A stretch of DNA of 32,000 bases from Prochlorococcus marinus str. NATL2A (GCF_000012465.1 NC_007335.2:1410001-1442000), one strand, 5' to 3'; positions 9,846 through 20,425 are shown, counted from the first letter of the stretch. The notes: generated from the sequence alone by a model not told the origin. Numbers and translations: made by a program.

Positions 9846-10118
9846 ATGGCTCACAAGAAAGGTACTGGCTCAACTAGAAATGGAAGAGATTCAAACTCAA
9901 AAAGACTAGGTGTAAAGGCATATGGTGGAGAGAAAGTAACGGCTGGATCTATTCTTATTCGTCAAAGAGGAACATCAGTTCTTCCGGGAATCAATGTTGG
10001 CAGGGGGAAAGACGATACTCTTTTCGCTCTAACTGATGGATCAGTTCATTTTGAAAGTATTCGTAGAGGCCTAAGAAATAGAAAAAGGATTAATATTTCT
10101 ACTGCTAAGGCTGTCTAG
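9846..10118 (+). CDS. rpmA: 50S ribosomal protein L27
   Basis: [24 protein letters not shown]...[10 protein letters not shown] is the canonical L27 N-terminus. It follows rplU as in the usual rplU-rpmA operon. Confidence 0.95.
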
Positions 10119-10119
10119 T

Positions 10120-10887
10120 TTATTTTTTTAATGGTTTATAAGCTCGCGTAGTAATCAAAAAAGGATGGAAAACTTCTAAATAATTTAACTGTAATGTAGA
10201 AAAGAAATTCTCAATAAGACTAGGATCATCGAAATGAAAAGGATACTCTCCGTTTTTTCCTTTGTAAAAATACCAATTCATTAGAGCTATTCCTTCAGGA
10301 GAAAGTTTTTCCAAAAATATTTTTAATTGTTTTGCAGGATTTGGAAGATGTTCAAGGACATCCAAGCAAACTAAAGAATCAAAAACAACATCAGATGTGC
10401 TTTCTAAGTCTCTAAAAATTGAAATCTTATCTTCGATACCCAATTCCTTAGACCTATGCTCTACAAAGTTTCGGTTTTGAGGGTTAAGATCAACAAACCA
10501 AACATGTTCAACCTCTGGTAAAAACGAGGCTGCCAAGGCATGCGTACCAATACCACCACCAAAATCTAAAACTTTTCCAGAAGCAAATTTTTGTTGTAAG
10601 CGAAGAGTGTCAGCTATGTAACTAGAACTATTTAGATGCCAAGACGCTAGATCTATTAAATGAGCATCGCCTACTTTTTCCTCGTAAAATTCGCCTGCAT
10701 TGTTCTCAGTAAATGCTCCTGGGTGAAGAGCTGCCAAATCATCAACGCCGTTAAGTAATCTTTGATCTAATTGTTCATTACTAATATTTAGGAAATCAAT
10801 AAGATGCTTTTTCAAATTAAAGCCATCTTTAAGGAAACAGGAAATACTTAGATCTAAATCGTTCATATTATTTGGCTGACTGAACAC
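10120..10887 (-). CDS. Class I SAM-dependent methyltransferase, substrate unknown
   Basis: Motif I is VLDFGGGIGTHA, followed by post-I VWFVDLN and motif II/III (LVCLDVLEHLPNP). Its stop lies one base from the rpmA stop (convergent). Confidence 0.7.
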   Translation of the reverse strand: MFSQPNNMNDLDLSISCFLKDGFNLKKHLIDFLNISNEQLDQRLLNGVDDLAALHPGAFTENNAGEFYEEKVGDAHLIDLASWHLNSSSYIADTLRLQQKFASGKVLDFGGGIGTHALAASFLPEVEHVWFVDLNPQNRNFVEHRSKELGIEDKISIFRDLESTSDVVFDSLVCLDVLEHLPNPAKQLKIFLEKLSPEGIALMNWYFYKGKNGEYPFHFDDPSLIENFFSTLQLNYLEVFHPFLITTRAYKPLKK

Positions 10888-10961
10888 ACTGAGTTATAAC
10901 TTTAAATGTTCAGGGTTACTTGAACAATATTTTCATGTGAGCTCAACCTGCAATATCAATT

Positions 10962-11906
10962 TTGGAAAAGCCTTTTGGATTTGTTGTCATTGATAAGCCT
11001 TCTGGGCTTACTTCTCATGATTGTGTAAATAGACTTAGAAAAGTATTTGGTATCAAAAAAATTGGACATTCTGGAACTCTAGACCCAGCAGTTACTGGAG
11101 TACTTCCAATAGCAATAGGTGATGCGACAAGATTAATCTCTTATTTACAAGGTTCTAAAGCTTATAGAGGAATCATCCAGTTAGGTGCTACTACAAATAC
11201 TGATGATATGCAAGGGGAAATTATAGAATCAAAAGCTTGGCCCTTAATTACCCAAAATTATATAAATTATCTACTAGAAAACTTTAGAGGTGAGATATTA
11301 CAAAAGCCTCCTATTTTTTCTAGTGTTCACATTAAAGGTGAGAGAGCTTATAAGAAAGCAAGAAAAGGAGAAAAATTTGATTTAATTCCTAAAAAAGTTA
11401 CCATCAACAAATTAAATTTAATAAGCTGGTCTCAAGATAAAGGTGAGTTATTAGTTGACGTCGACTGCTCAACAGGAACATACATTAGATCCTTGGCTAG
11501 AGACATTGGAGATAAAATTGGATGCGGTGGTTATTTAAAAAGTTTACGCCGTACAAAAGCATATAATTTCATCGAAAATCATTCAGTAAAACTTCCTGAG
11601 AAATCAGACTTTTACCCAGAGGGAGATAAACCTAAAGTTCTTAATCCTAATATCTTTTTTAAACATCTTTCTTCTTTTGAATTAATTTCTGAAGAAGAAA
11701 TTATTAGCTGGCGTTCAGGAAGAAAGATCTCTTTTCAGAATAATGTTAAACGTTTAAAGGTAACTAAGAACAATGAAGTTGAAGATAGCTTTATTCATAA
11801 TAACCATATATTAGTATTGAATAAAGAAAATAAAATCCTTGGGATCGCTTGCTTAGATGACAGTTTTGCAATTAAGCCTAAGGTTGTTTTCAATGCAATA
11901 GGTTAG
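10962..11906 (+). CDS. truB: tRNA pseudouridine(55) synthase
   Basis: GFVVIDKPSGLTSHDCV...GHSGTLDPAVTGVLPIAIG contains the catalytic Asp motif of TruB. There is also TNTDDMQGE and GTYIRSLARD. The start is a TTG as given in the track. Confidence 0.9.
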   Translation: MEKPFGFVVIDKPSGLTSHDCVNRLRKVFGIKKIGHSGTLDPAVTGVLPIAIGDATRLISYLQGSKAYRGIIQLGATTNTDDMQGEIIESKAWPLITQNYINYLLENFRGEILQKPPIFSSVHIKGERAYKKARKGEKFDLIPKKVTINKLNLISWSQDKGELLVDVDCSTGTYIRSLARDIGDKIGCGGYLKSLRRTKAYNFIENHSVKLPEKSDFYPEGDKPKVLNPNIFFKHLSSFELISEEEIISWRSGRKISFQNNVKRLKVTKNNEVEDSFIHNNHILVLNKENKILGIACLDDSFAIKPKVVFNAIG

Positions 11907-11955
11907 ACTCGTAAAATGTAAATCTTACAACAATCTATAGCTACTAAATATATTC

Positions 11956-13173
11956 CTAATAGGCTTTTATTTGTACACCTGTATAATAATGTTTTAGAAT
12001 TTTACGAAAGCCAGACCCCTTTTCAGCCATTGCTTTAGCACCCCATTGGCTCATTCCTACGCCATGACCAGCGCCATAACCTTGAACCAATAAAAAATAA
12101 TCTGATGGGATTGGCGGGAGAGATTGAAGTGAAAAATCTTCAGCTATTTTTATATCTGAATTCAATTTATTATCTAGATTTATTTGGTTAAATTCCAAAT
12201 AAAGATCAAATTTAGTACTAAGCAATTGCAATTTTTCTCTTAAGCTTTTACCGGAGATATTTTTATTTCCATTTGTTCCATAGAGTCTAATTTTTAAGAC
12301 TCTATCGGTATCACTTTTTTGAATAATTTGTATACTATTTAACCCGCCCAAGCCAGGGAAGATCTGATCTAATTCTCCTGAGGTAAATTTATTAGTCCAT
12401 CTATACTTTGTGCCATTGTGATCAAAGTCAACAACACTTTTTAAATAAGGTAATTGATACTTCCAAACCTTTCCACTATTCTCAGTCCTACCACCAGAAC
12501 TACTATGAAAAACTGCATTTATCAGCTTATCTTTATGAAATAGAGCCAGTGAATTTGTACTTTTAACTGCTCTATTGATTTTTGCTGTTTCAGACTCAAG
12601 TCCTAAGTAGACTTGACTAGCTTGTGTTGAACGAAGATCAAATGATTTATTTTTATTTAAAAGTTTTAAAGCATAAGTCCTGGCTGCTATTGCTTGTGCT
12701 TGAAGTGCTGCAAGGGGAAATTCTTTAGGCATTTCACTACCAACTACACTTTTTAAATACTTCTCTAATTTTAAATAATTTATTATATTTAATTTCTTTT
12801 CATTCAATGAAACTTTTAATTCTCCGGCATATCTTCTATTCTTAAACCAAATCCCTCTTTTATCATTATTTCTTATAATCAAACTGAAATTATTTGGTAA
12901 ATCGAACCATGTATTTAGGTTGTTATCAATTGAATATTTAACCTTATTATTCTTATAAACTAAATTTAAAGATTTAATTCTTCTATGATTAGAAGAAATA
13001 CCTTCAACAAAAATATTTTTCACACCATCTGCTCTAAATCTTGCCTTATTATCTTTAGATATCAGTACACGCATTGTTGGTTCTTTTGCTGCAATTGCCT
13101 TTACTGGAGAGATAAAAAATATAGCTATAAAGATTATTGCCCATCCAGATTTTCTTTTAGGTGATGCGCTCAC
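11956..13173 (-). CDS. SpoIID/LytB-domain protein (amidase-enhancer family), secreted
   Basis: There is an N-terminal signal/TM segment (WAIIFIAIFFISPVKAIA). SpoIID-type motifs are present: YLKSVVGSEMP, ALQAQAIAARTYA, FHSSSGGRTEN, YLKSV. The C-terminus contains GHGVGMSQWGA. Confidence 0.8.
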   Translation of the reverse strand: MSASPKRKSGWAIIFIAIFFISPVKAIAAKEPTMRVLISKDNKARFRADGVKNIFVEGISSNHRRIKSLNLVYKNNKVKYSIDNNLNTWFDLPNNFSLIIRNNDKRGIWFKNRRYAGELKVSLNEKKLNIINYLKLEKYLKSVVGSEMPKEFPLAALQAQAIAARTYALKLLNKNKSFDLRSTQASQVYLGLESETAKINRAVKSTNSLALFHKDKLINAVFHSSSGGRTENSGKVWKYQLPYLKSVVDFDHNGTKYRWTNKFTSGELDQIFPGLGGLNSIQIIQKSDTDRVLKIRLYGTNGNKNISGKSLREKLQLLSTKFDLYLEFNQINLDNKLNSDIKIAEDFSLQSLPPIPSDYFLLVQGYGAGHGVGMSQWGAKAMAEKGSGFRKILKHYYTGVQIKAY

Positions 13174-13270
13174 AATAAAAATTGGATTTAGGTACTAATT
13201 TTGCCTATAAGAAAGAAGATCCACCAGTGGTCAAAGCTATGAATGTCACCATGTCTTAAAAGGGGGAAAC

Positions 13271-14215
13271 TTGCAAGTCACTTTTCTAGGAACAAGTTCA
13301 GGAGTCCCAACTCTTAATAGGAACGTATCAGCGATGGTACTAAAGCCTCCACAAAGGTCAGAATTGTGGTTGTTCGATTGTGGTGAAGGTACACAGCATC
13401 AGTTCATTAGAAGTAATCTTAAGTTATCTCAAATCAAAAAAATATTTATTACCCATATGCATGGGGATCATATTTATGGTCTACCAGGACTTCTAGCAAG
13501 TATTGGATTAGCAGGCAGCAGCTCTGGAATTGAGTTGTACGGGCCAGCTCCGCTTAAGAACTTTATTGATTCTTGTCTATACAACAGTTCAAGCCGATTG
13601 GCTTATTCACTCAAATTCCATAGGGTCGAAAATGCTGCTAATAATAAAGAAATTTTGTTTGAAGATTCAGAGTTAGAAGTCAAAACTGCTCCACTCAAGC
13701 ATCGAATCCCATCTTTTGCTTACAGAGTGAATCAAAAAACTAGGCCAGGCAGATTCGATATAGAGAAAGCAAAATCAAAAGGAATACCTCCTGGTCCCGT
13801 TTATGCAGACCTTCAGAGAGGGGAGGAAGTGAGATTAGAAGATGGTCGCATTTTTTCTGGGAAAGAATTCTGCGGTCCACCTAGGCCTGGGGTAAGCATG
13901 GTTTATTGCACAGATACTGTTTATACAGAATCAGCAATTGAGATTTCTAGAAAAGCCGATCTACTAATCCATGAATCAACTTATTCTTATAAAGAAACTG
14001 AAATGGCATATGAACGCGGACATTCAACTGCAACAATGGCCGCTCAGATTGCTGCAAAAGCGAATGTTGATCAACTAATTCTTACTCATTTGAGTCCGAG
14101 ATATACCCCTGGCAATCAAACATGTCCTAATGATTTGCTTAATGAAGCAAAAGCAATTTTTCCAAATACCCAGTTAGCAAAAGACTTTCTGCAAATTGAC
14201 ATAAATAAAAGCTGA
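13271..14215 (+). CDS. rnz: Ribonuclease Z (tRNA 3' endonuclease, metallo-beta-lactamase fold)
   Basis: [12 protein letters not shown]...[12 protein letters not shown]...[16 protein letters not shown] contains the HxHxDH motif. HESTY and LTHLSPRY are also present. TTG start. Confidence 0.88.
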   Translation: MQVTFLGTSSGVPTLNRNVSAMVLKPPQRSELWLFDCGEGTQHQFIRSNLKLSQIKKIFITHMHGDHIYGLPGLLASIGLAGSSSGIELYGPAPLKNFIDSCLYNSSSRLAYSLKFHRVENAANNKEILFEDSELEVKTAPLKHRIPSFAYRVNQKTRPGRFDIEKAKSKGIPPGPVYADLQRGEEVRLEDGRIFSGKEFCGPPRPGVSMVYCTDTVYTESAIEISRKADLLIHESTYSYKETEMAYERGHSTATMAAQIAAKANVDQLILTHLSPRYTPGNQTCPNDLLNEAKAIFPNTQLAKDFLQIDINKS

Positions 14216-14307
14216 AACTGCAACAGTTCGTGATCCCTTTACCTATGAAATGCCTCTACATGAAACAATAGTCGAGTTTGGTGCTTCTTTAATCGCTGGC
14301 GTTATTA

Positions 14308-14856
14308 ATGAATTCTTTTATTTCTTCCCTTAAAAGGTCCTTTTCAAGACTATTTGTCTTGATACCTGTGCTTGTAAGTCTCATTATTAGTCCTCTTTCT
14401 GCAAGTGCCTTGTATCCCAGCGATCCTTCTTCAGTGGAGAGCTTAGATCCAAGCTTGGCTGGTAAGGACTTACAAAATACAGAGTATGTAAAATACGACT
14501 TGTCAGGAAAAGATCTTGGTGGAACCAATTTCACTGGCGCTTATTTCAGTGTCTCAACTTTGAAGGACTCTGATCTAACAGGCGCAAACATGACCAATGT
14601 CATTGCTTATGCAACGAGGTTTGATAATGCGAACCTCACGAACGTAAATCTTACTGGAGCAGAGTTGCTCAAGAGTGTTTTTGATGGTGTAACCATTGAT
14701 GGTGCTGACTTTACTGATGCTGTATTAGATAGAAGTCAACAAAAGAATCTATGTAAAGTAGCTACTGGAAGCACAGCCGAAAGTCTAGGTTGCAGTACTA
14801 CAGCTGCTGGATATGTACCTGCAACCAAAGGTCAAGGTTTCAACCCAGGTACTTAA
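14308..14856 (+). CDS. Pentapeptide-repeat protein with signal peptide (thylakoid-lumen TL15/TL17-like)
   Basis: A hydrophobic signal (LFVLIPVLVSLIISPLSASA) is followed by runs of A(D/N)LxX pentapeptides (LSGKDLGGTNFTGAYFSVSTLKDSDLTGANMTNV...ANLTNVNLTGAEL). Confidence 0.8.
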   Translation: MNSFISSLKRSFSRLFVLIPVLVSLIISPLSASALYPSDPSSVESLDPSLAGKDLQNTEYVKYDLSGKDLGGTNFTGAYFSVSTLKDSDLTGANMTNVIAYATRFDNANLTNVNLTGAELLKSVFDGVTIDGADFTDAVLDRSQQKNLCKVATGSTAESLGCSTTAAGYVPATKGQGFNPGT

Positions 14857-14881
14857 ATTTATCCAAAATTTAACAACCAAT

Positions 14882-14908
14882 AAAAAAGGGGCCAATGGCC
14901 CCTTTTTT
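14882..14908. terminator. Bidirectional rho-independent terminator between convergent genes
   Basis: The sequence is AAAAAA-GGGGCC-AAT-GGCCCC-TTTTTT. A perfect 6-bp GC stem (14888..14893 / 14897..14902) has a 3-nt loop. It is flanked by an A-tract and a T-tract, so it reads as a terminator on both strands. Confidence 0.85.
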
Positions 14909-14929
14909 ATTGGTTAAAACTAACTTTTT

Positions 14930-15121
14930 TTACTTTGTAATAAGAAAGAAAGCCGCTGCAGCTCCACCAACCGCAAACATAGGCAACCCAACTAACAAAT
15001 GTGAAGTGCCAAAACCAACGCCTTTTTGGCGCAATATAAAATAACCCACTCCAGCAGCTCCAGCAGCTAAAGGAATAGCAGCAGTAGCAGCAGAAGCAAC
15101 AGCGTGATAGTCGAAGTTCAT
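14930..15121 (-). CDS. Small (63 aa) Gly/Ala-rich membrane protein with two predicted TM helices, function unknown
   Basis: ATG start. It has two hydrophobic Ala/Gly-rich segments (AATAAIPLAAGAAGVGYFIL; LLVGLPMFAVGGAAAAFFLI). It ends just before the shared terminator. I recognise no family. Confidence 0.5.
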   Translation of the reverse strand: MNFDYHAVASAATAAIPLAAGAAGVGYFILRQKGVGFGTSHLLVGLPMFAVGGAAAAFFLITK

Positions 15122-15244
15122 CCCTGTGTTGAAATTTAATTACTTATAATTATCCTTCAAATTTGAAAAATGGTATGAACTTATGCCTGAAATGCTTCAT
15201 ATCTTCATCACTTTAAATCCAAAAGAATTTTCATTTTTCTAAAC

Positions 15245-15634
15245 TCATGCCGCTTTGGGCGCAATATTTGAACTATCTCTAGAACGTGGATGCTTGCTAT
15301 ACCACCATTCCTGAATATCGGTATCTAAACGACTAGAAAACAAAGTCAAAATTGTTTTTGTTGGTTTCACTCCTGGTTGGATAATCTCAACAGAATAAGA
15401 AGGACATTTTTGTGCCGCAATATCAGCAACCAATCTTTTACCAATTCTTTTCCAGCTAGGCTCCTTACTTCGCCATGAAAGCCTACAACAAGGCCAAGGC
15501 AACTCCTCGCGGTCATAGAGACGACAACATGGGCCTAAGACCCTAAAACTAAATTGACCTCCAATACTTGAGTGAATAGAACCATGATCTAAAAGACCTT
15601 GAACTTTGTCGGTTTGCAAAACTTCTGAAATCAA
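15245..15634 (-). CDS. Cys-rich hypothetical protein (129 aa) with duplicated PCCRL motif
   Basis: This is the only long ORF in the interval and it is co-directional with serA-prmA-petF. It has a TTG start and no in-frame ATG near the N-terminus. It contains GPCCRLYDREELPWPCCRLSW. I do not recognise a family with confidence. Confidence 0.5.
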   Translation of the reverse strand: MISEVLQTDKVQGLLDHGSIHSSIGGQFSFRVLGPCCRLYDREELPWPCCRLSWRSKEPSWKRIGKRLVADIAAQKCPSYSVEIIQPGVKPTKTILTLFSSRLDTDIQEWWYSKHPRSRDSSNIAPKAA

Positions 15635-15747
15635 TCAATTAATCCCTAAATAGTTTTATTTGCGCCCATGAGCACATAAGTAAGAGGTTGGCGAGAAAGG
15701 AGATCTTTGGCAAGCAAAACGCTGAGAATCTGGCGAAAAAATTAATA

Positions 15748-16080
<333 letters not shown>

Positions 16081-16084
16081 TTAA

Positions 16085-17020
16085 TCAAGACAAATTAAGA
16101 GTCAAAACCATTAAGGCCCATTGATCCTTTTTCTTTATTTCAAGAACTTGCCAACCAAGCTCTAAAAAGAATTCTTGAAGTTCTTTGATTTGCTGAACTA
16201 ATAAACCCGATAAAATCACTTTACCTTTATGTCCAATGATTTTTTCGAAACTTGGCCCTAATAATTTTATGACAGGTGCAAGAATATTGCATAGGATCAA
16301 ATCAATTTTTTCTTTCGGCATATTCGCCTCAATTTCCTCAATAGAACCAAGAAAAACATTTAAGAGGTTTCCAGGAACATCATTTAAAGCAGAATTAATT
16401 TTAGTAGCTGATATTGATAGAGAATCAGTATCAACAGAGAACGTACTCTTTGCTCCTAATTTCAATGCAGTTAAAGACAGTATTCCGCTTCCACAACCTA
16501 TATCAGCAATTGTTTGACCTACAGGAGGTTCATTATCCAAGGCTTCAAGGCATAGCCTAGTGGAAGGATGACTACCAGTGCCAAAAGCACTACCAGGATC
16601 TAGACGGATAATTTTTCGTTCTAAAAATTTTTCAGGAACGTCTAACCATGCTGGCAAAATTAAAATTGATTTTCCTACGGGATCAGGTTTCCAGTTTTTT
16701 TTCCAACTTAAGCTCCAATCTTCATCTTTTACTTGAATCCATTTGCATTCAGGCAAAGTCAAGTCAAAAGGTTCTGTCAACGAAATTAATGATTGGACTA
16801 ATATCTCTTGATCTCTAACTGACCATTCATTCAAAGGAAGCCAAATAAATAGAGTTTTACTTAAATTGTTATTTGGATCATGTTCAAAAGAGAATCTATG
16901 AATATCAAGTTTACTTAACAGCCAATAAAAAGAATCTTCTAGCTCAAATGAAAATTCCTGCTCCAATCTCAACCACGACAGTTGGGAGTTTTGCAAATTT
17001 ATAGTTTTTTCAACCAACAA
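16085..17020 (-). CDS. prmA: Ribosomal protein L11 methyltransferase
   Basis: LDPGSAFGTGSHPSTRLCLEAL is followed by SAM motif I, IADIGCGSGILSL. It starts one base after the serA stop. The TTG start is as in the track, and the exact start is uncertain. Confidence 0.85.
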   Translation of the reverse strand: MLVEKTINLQNSQLSWLRLEQEFSFELEDSFYWLLSKLDIHRFSFEHDPNNNLSKTLFIWLPLNEWSVRDQEILVQSLISLTEPFDLTLPECKWIQVKDEDWSLSWKKNWKPDPVGKSILILPAWLDVPEKFLERKIIRLDPGSAFGTGSHPSTRLCLEALDNEPPVGQTIADIGCGSGILSLTALKLGAKSTFSVDTDSLSISATKINSALNDVPGNLLNVFLGSIEEIEANMPKEKIDLILCNILAPVIKLLGPSFEKIIGHKGKVILSGLLVQQIKELQEFFLELGWQVLEIKKKDQWALMVLTLNLS

Positions 17021-17021
17021 A

Positions 17022-18608
17022 TTACAGAGTCACTGAATGAGCTTCGTTAATTCCTTGCATTGAAAGAATTGAGCCCAACAACTCAGAAGGGATAGGGTCA
17101 TCGATACTTAAAACCATTACTGCCTCACCTCTTACAATCCTTCTTCCTACTTGCATTGATGCAATATTCACATTGTATTTCCCAAGAAGTGAACCTATTT
17201 GACCAATGATTCCCGGCATATCCCTATGCCTTGTAAAAAGCATATGTCTACTTGGCACGAAATTTATCGGGTACTCATCAATACTTGTAATACCAAGATC
17301 GCCATCACCAAAAACAGTTCCAGAGACGCTGTGACCGCCTTTGTCACTAAAACTATCCAACTGCAAAGAGCCTCGAGCAAACTCTGGGCACAACTCATCC
17401 TTAATTTCTACGACATCAATACCACGTCCTTTAGCTTCCAATGAAGCATTTACATAGTTAATTTTATCGCCCAATGCACTGGTGAGTAATCCCTTCAAAG
17501 TTGCAATAACTAGAGGTTGAGATGGATGTTGAGCGAATTCCCCTTGCAAACGCACTTCTAGTTTTTGAATCTGTCCCCCTGAAATTTGACTAACTAATAA
17601 TCCTAATGTCTCCGCAAGTTTTAAATGTGGTTTAAGACTATCCATTATCTCTGCGCTAAGACCAGGAATATTTACAGCGCTACGTGCTGGCAAGCCTAAA
17701 AGGACATCTCTAATTTGTTCTGCAACATCAATTGCTACATTCTGTTGTGCCTCAACAGTTGAAGCGCCTAGATGAGGCGTAAGTACCAAGCCTTTTTTTA
17801 CAGCGCGTAAAGGCGAGTTTTCAGCTAGAGGTTCTTTTGCATATACATCGATTGCAGCACCTTGAATAACATTTTCTGCTAAGGCATTAGCTAAATCATT
17901 TTCATTAATAATTCCACCCCTTGCACAGTTAACCAATCTGGCAGTTGGTTTCATTTTTCTTAGAAGATCAATATCAACTAAATTCTCTGTTTCAGGTGTC
18001 CTTGGAAGATGAAGGGTTACATAATCAGATTCTTTAAATAACTCCTCAATATCGCTTAATCGAACCTGCATTTGCTGAGCTCTTTCATTAGAAACAAAAG
18101 GATCAAATCCAATGACTTCCATACCCATTGCATTTGCAACCTTTGCGACATGAGATCCAATCTTGCCAAGTCCAACAACTCCTAAGGTTTTCTTATAAAG
18201 CTCATTTCCTACATATTTCTTTCGGTCCCAACCTCCAGCAAACATACTTCCGTTTGCTTGGGGAATATTTCTAGATAATGCAAGCATCATTGCTAAAGCA
18301 TGCTCAGCTGCAGCAATCGTGTTCCCACCTGGAGAATTAACGACTAAGACACCCTTTCTAGTAGCAGTTGGTACATCAACATTATCCACTCCAACTCCAG
18401 CTCTACCAATGATTCTCAATTTCTTAGCCTCAGATATAACATCTGATGTGACTTGGGTTCCTGAACGGATCATTAATCCGTCATACTCACCAATAATATT
18501 CTTCAACTGATCTGGTGAAAGACCTACTTTTTGGTCAACCTGGGCAACCTGAGTAAGAATATCAATACCTGCTTGATCAATGGGATCAGAAACAAGAACT
18601 TTCGTCAT
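17022..18608 (-). CDS. serA: D-3-phosphoglycerate dehydrogenase (long form with ASB and ACT domains)
   Basis: KVLVSDPID..., NAD-binding GVVGLGKIGSHVA, catalytic region CARGGII...LTPHLGAST and a C-terminal ACT-like domain (PGIIGQIGSLLGKYNVNIASMQVGR). Confidence 0.92.
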   Translation of the reverse strand: MTKVLVSDPIDQAGIDILTQVAQVDQKVGLSPDQLKNIIGEYDGLMIRSGTQVTSDVISEAKKLRIIGRAGVGVDNVDVPTATRKGVLVVNSPGGNTIAAAEHALAMMLALSRNIPQANGSMFAGGWDRKKYVGNELYKKTLGVVGLGKIGSHVAKVANAMGMEVIGFDPFVSNERAQQMQVRLSDIEELFKESDYVTLHLPRTPETENLVDIDLLRKMKPTARLVNCARGGIINENDLANALAENVIQGAAIDVYAKEPLAENSPLRAVKKGLVLTPHLGASTVEAQQNVAIDVAEQIRDVLLGLPARSAVNIPGLSAEIMDSLKPHLKLAETLGLLVSQISGGQIQKLEVRLQGEFAQHPSQPLVIATLKGLLTSALGDKINYVNASLEAKGRGIDVVEIKDELCPEFARGSLQLDSFSDKGGHSVSGTVFGDGDLGITSIDEYPINFVPSRHMLFTRHRDMPGIIGQIGSLLGKYNVNIASMQVGRRIVRGEAVMVLSIDDPIPSELLGSILSMQGINEAHSVTL

Positions 18609-18712
18609 TAAGGGCGATAAACGTGCCGATCTGAACTTTAGTGATCTATTTGCCGCTGACCAGAATTATGTTGAGCAGGATTGAATATCCAAACATTTCA
18701 AGGAGCTAATTT

Positions 18713-19276
18713 GTGTCCACATTCGTACTCACCTTAAAAGAAAAGAAACTAGCAAAAGAGTTATTACTCAAATTAAGAGAAGCTCAAACACCAATCCTTA
18801 ATTGCGATCTTGTAGAACCATTGGATAATAGAACTGACAATGAAGACTCAAATATAGATATATCTCAAGAAGTATTTGCCAATCAATCAAATTTTAATGA
18901 CATCAAGCTTTTGAATCCAGCCCTTGCTCGAAAGGATCGCCAAAGGACTCTAGCGACATGGTTAATACCCTTTGGTTTTATTGCAGGCCTAAGCTTTTCT
19001 CAAATGACCGATCTGAATACGTTTGCAAATATGGGGTTCCCAAATCAATTAGAAAAGCTATTAGGTGGCCTAGTTGGAATGATTTCAGGAGCACTGGGAA
19101 GTTTTTTTTCGGCTGGAGGGACCAACCAAGAAACTGTTGATGATTTGAGAGTTATTCGAAAAAAAAGTGAAGAGGGTTATTGGCTTTTAATTCTAGAATT
19201 ACCAATGGAAATAGAACCACCTTGGGAAATCCTAAAAGAAACAGACAACCTAGAAATAATAAACATAGGAAAATAA
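18713..19276 (+). CDS. Hypothetical protein (187 aa) with central Gly-rich membrane segment
   Basis: GTG start. It has a hydrophobic, glycine-zipper-like core (WLIPFGFIAGLSF...LLGGLVGMISGALGSFFSAGG). It occupies the whole gap between serA and the S4-domain gene. No family recognised. Confidence 0.55.
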   Translation: MSTFVLTLKEKKLAKELLLKLREAQTPILNCDLVEPLDNRTDNEDSNIDISQEVFANQSNFNDIKLLNPALARKDRQRTLATWLIPFGFIAGLSFSQMTDLNTFANMGFPNQLEKLLGGLVGMISGALGSFFSAGGTNQETVDDLRVIRKKSEEGYWLLILELPMEIEPPWEILKETDNLEIINIGK

Positions 19277-19430
19277 TAGTGATTAATTCAATAATATTCT
19301 TATAAAAGTTACTATGAATTTTTATAGTTTTGATCAAAGATTGAATATTATATTTCTCTAAATATGTGAAGAAAACAACAAAATAGTCTAAACTATTTAT
19401 CAACAAAACGAGAAATTTTTATCTCTTTTA

Positions 19431-20219
19431 ATGCGTCTTCCAAAAGAAAAGATCCTATTTAAAAGTCCTTTTCATAAAGAGTTAGAGACTTTGCTTCACT
19501 TTGCGGAAAAGGCTCTAAGCGAGAGAACAGCAATATGGTCCCCTTTTTTATCAGCACAATTAATAGAGGAAGTTAAAGATAGATTTAATAATTTGAATGA
19601 CATAAGTCTTCTTTTCGAGGGAGGATTTCCAAGCGCAGAACGTAAAAGAATATGTTTCCTAAGATCTGTAGAAGAGATGCACTCTCCCTCTATCGAAATT
19701 CCTATCAAAGGTATTTATATAAAAGGCAATTTCCTATTTGATAGAGCTAAACAAAGTGATTTTAGAGATCTCATACATGAACTTCATGATCAAGCTGATG
19801 ATATTGGAGACATTTGGTTAATCAGAGACAGAGGAGCTCAAGCTATTTGCACAAAAAAATGTGCTGATTCAATAAATCAAAAGATTGGAAAGCTAAGAGA
19901 AGTTGAAATAATTATCCACGCATTAGATTTAAACGAGATGGAGATCCCTTTCAATAGGCCAGAGAAAGTAATCAATACAGTTGAGGCATCTACTAGGATT
20001 GACGCGATAGCCTCCGCAGGTTTTGGACTATCAAGATCAAAGATAATCAAACAAATCAAGGAAGGGTGTTTGCGACTTAACTGGGCTTTGAATGACCAGC
20101 CCAGCAAATCGGTAAATATTGGAGACCTTATTCATTTAGAGAAAAAAGGTTCACTTAAAATTTTAAATATTGATAAAACAAAAAAAGAGCGCTGGAGAAT
20201 CAAATTACTAAGGCAGTGA
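19431..20219 (+). CDS. YlmH-like RNA-binding protein with C-terminal S4 domain (cyanobacterial 'photosystem II S4 domain protein' type)
   Basis: The C-terminal S4-like segment is RIDAIASAGFGLSRSKIIKQIKEGCLRLNWALNDQPSKSVNIGDLIHLEKKG. The N-terminal region resembles YlmH. The family assignment is from memory of the motif. Confidence 0.6.
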   Translation: MRLPKEKILFKSPFHKELETLLHFAEKALSERTAIWSPFLSAQLIEEVKDRFNNLNDISLLFEGGFPSAERKRICFLRSVEEMHSPSIEIPIKGIYIKGNFLFDRAKQSDFRDLIHELHDQADDIGDIWLIRDRGAQAICTKKCADSINQKIGKLREVEIIIHALDLNEMEIPFNRPEKVINTVEASTRIDAIASAGFGLSRSKIIKQIKEGCLRLNWALNDQPSKSVNIGDLIHLEKKGSLKILNIDKTKKERWRIKLLRQ

Positions 20220-20287
20220 GGATAGGGTCCTACTGCCTGCTAACTTCATTAAGGAACTTGACACTTCAATCCTAAGATGGTTTGCAA

Positions 20288-20359
<72 letters not shown>

Positions 20360-20425
20360 TTCACCAATAACGGATGGTTCCAGACATTTAACTGATTAAA
20401 AATAATACCTAAATTTTTAAACTTT

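Noticed and set aside
14289-14534. 81-aa minus-strand ORF
   Set aside because: It lies entirely antisense to the signal peptide and first repeats of the well-supported pentapeptide-repeat gene. It has no recognisable motifs.
19152-19406. 84-aa minus-strand ORF in and next to the 3' end of the 187-aa gene
   Set aside because: It is an extremely AT-rich, Phe/Leu/Ile/Lys-rich translation typical of chance ORFs in AT-rich spacers. It overlaps the end of a plus-strand gene and uses a non-ATG start.
20257-20279. TTGACA ... TAAGAT upstream of tRNA-Val, considered as a -35/-10 promoter pair
   Set aside because: The spacing between the hexamers is only 9 nt, so they cannot act as a canonical pair. 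TAAGAT alone, 9 nt before the tRNA 5' end, may be a -10 element, but that cannot be supported from sequence alone.
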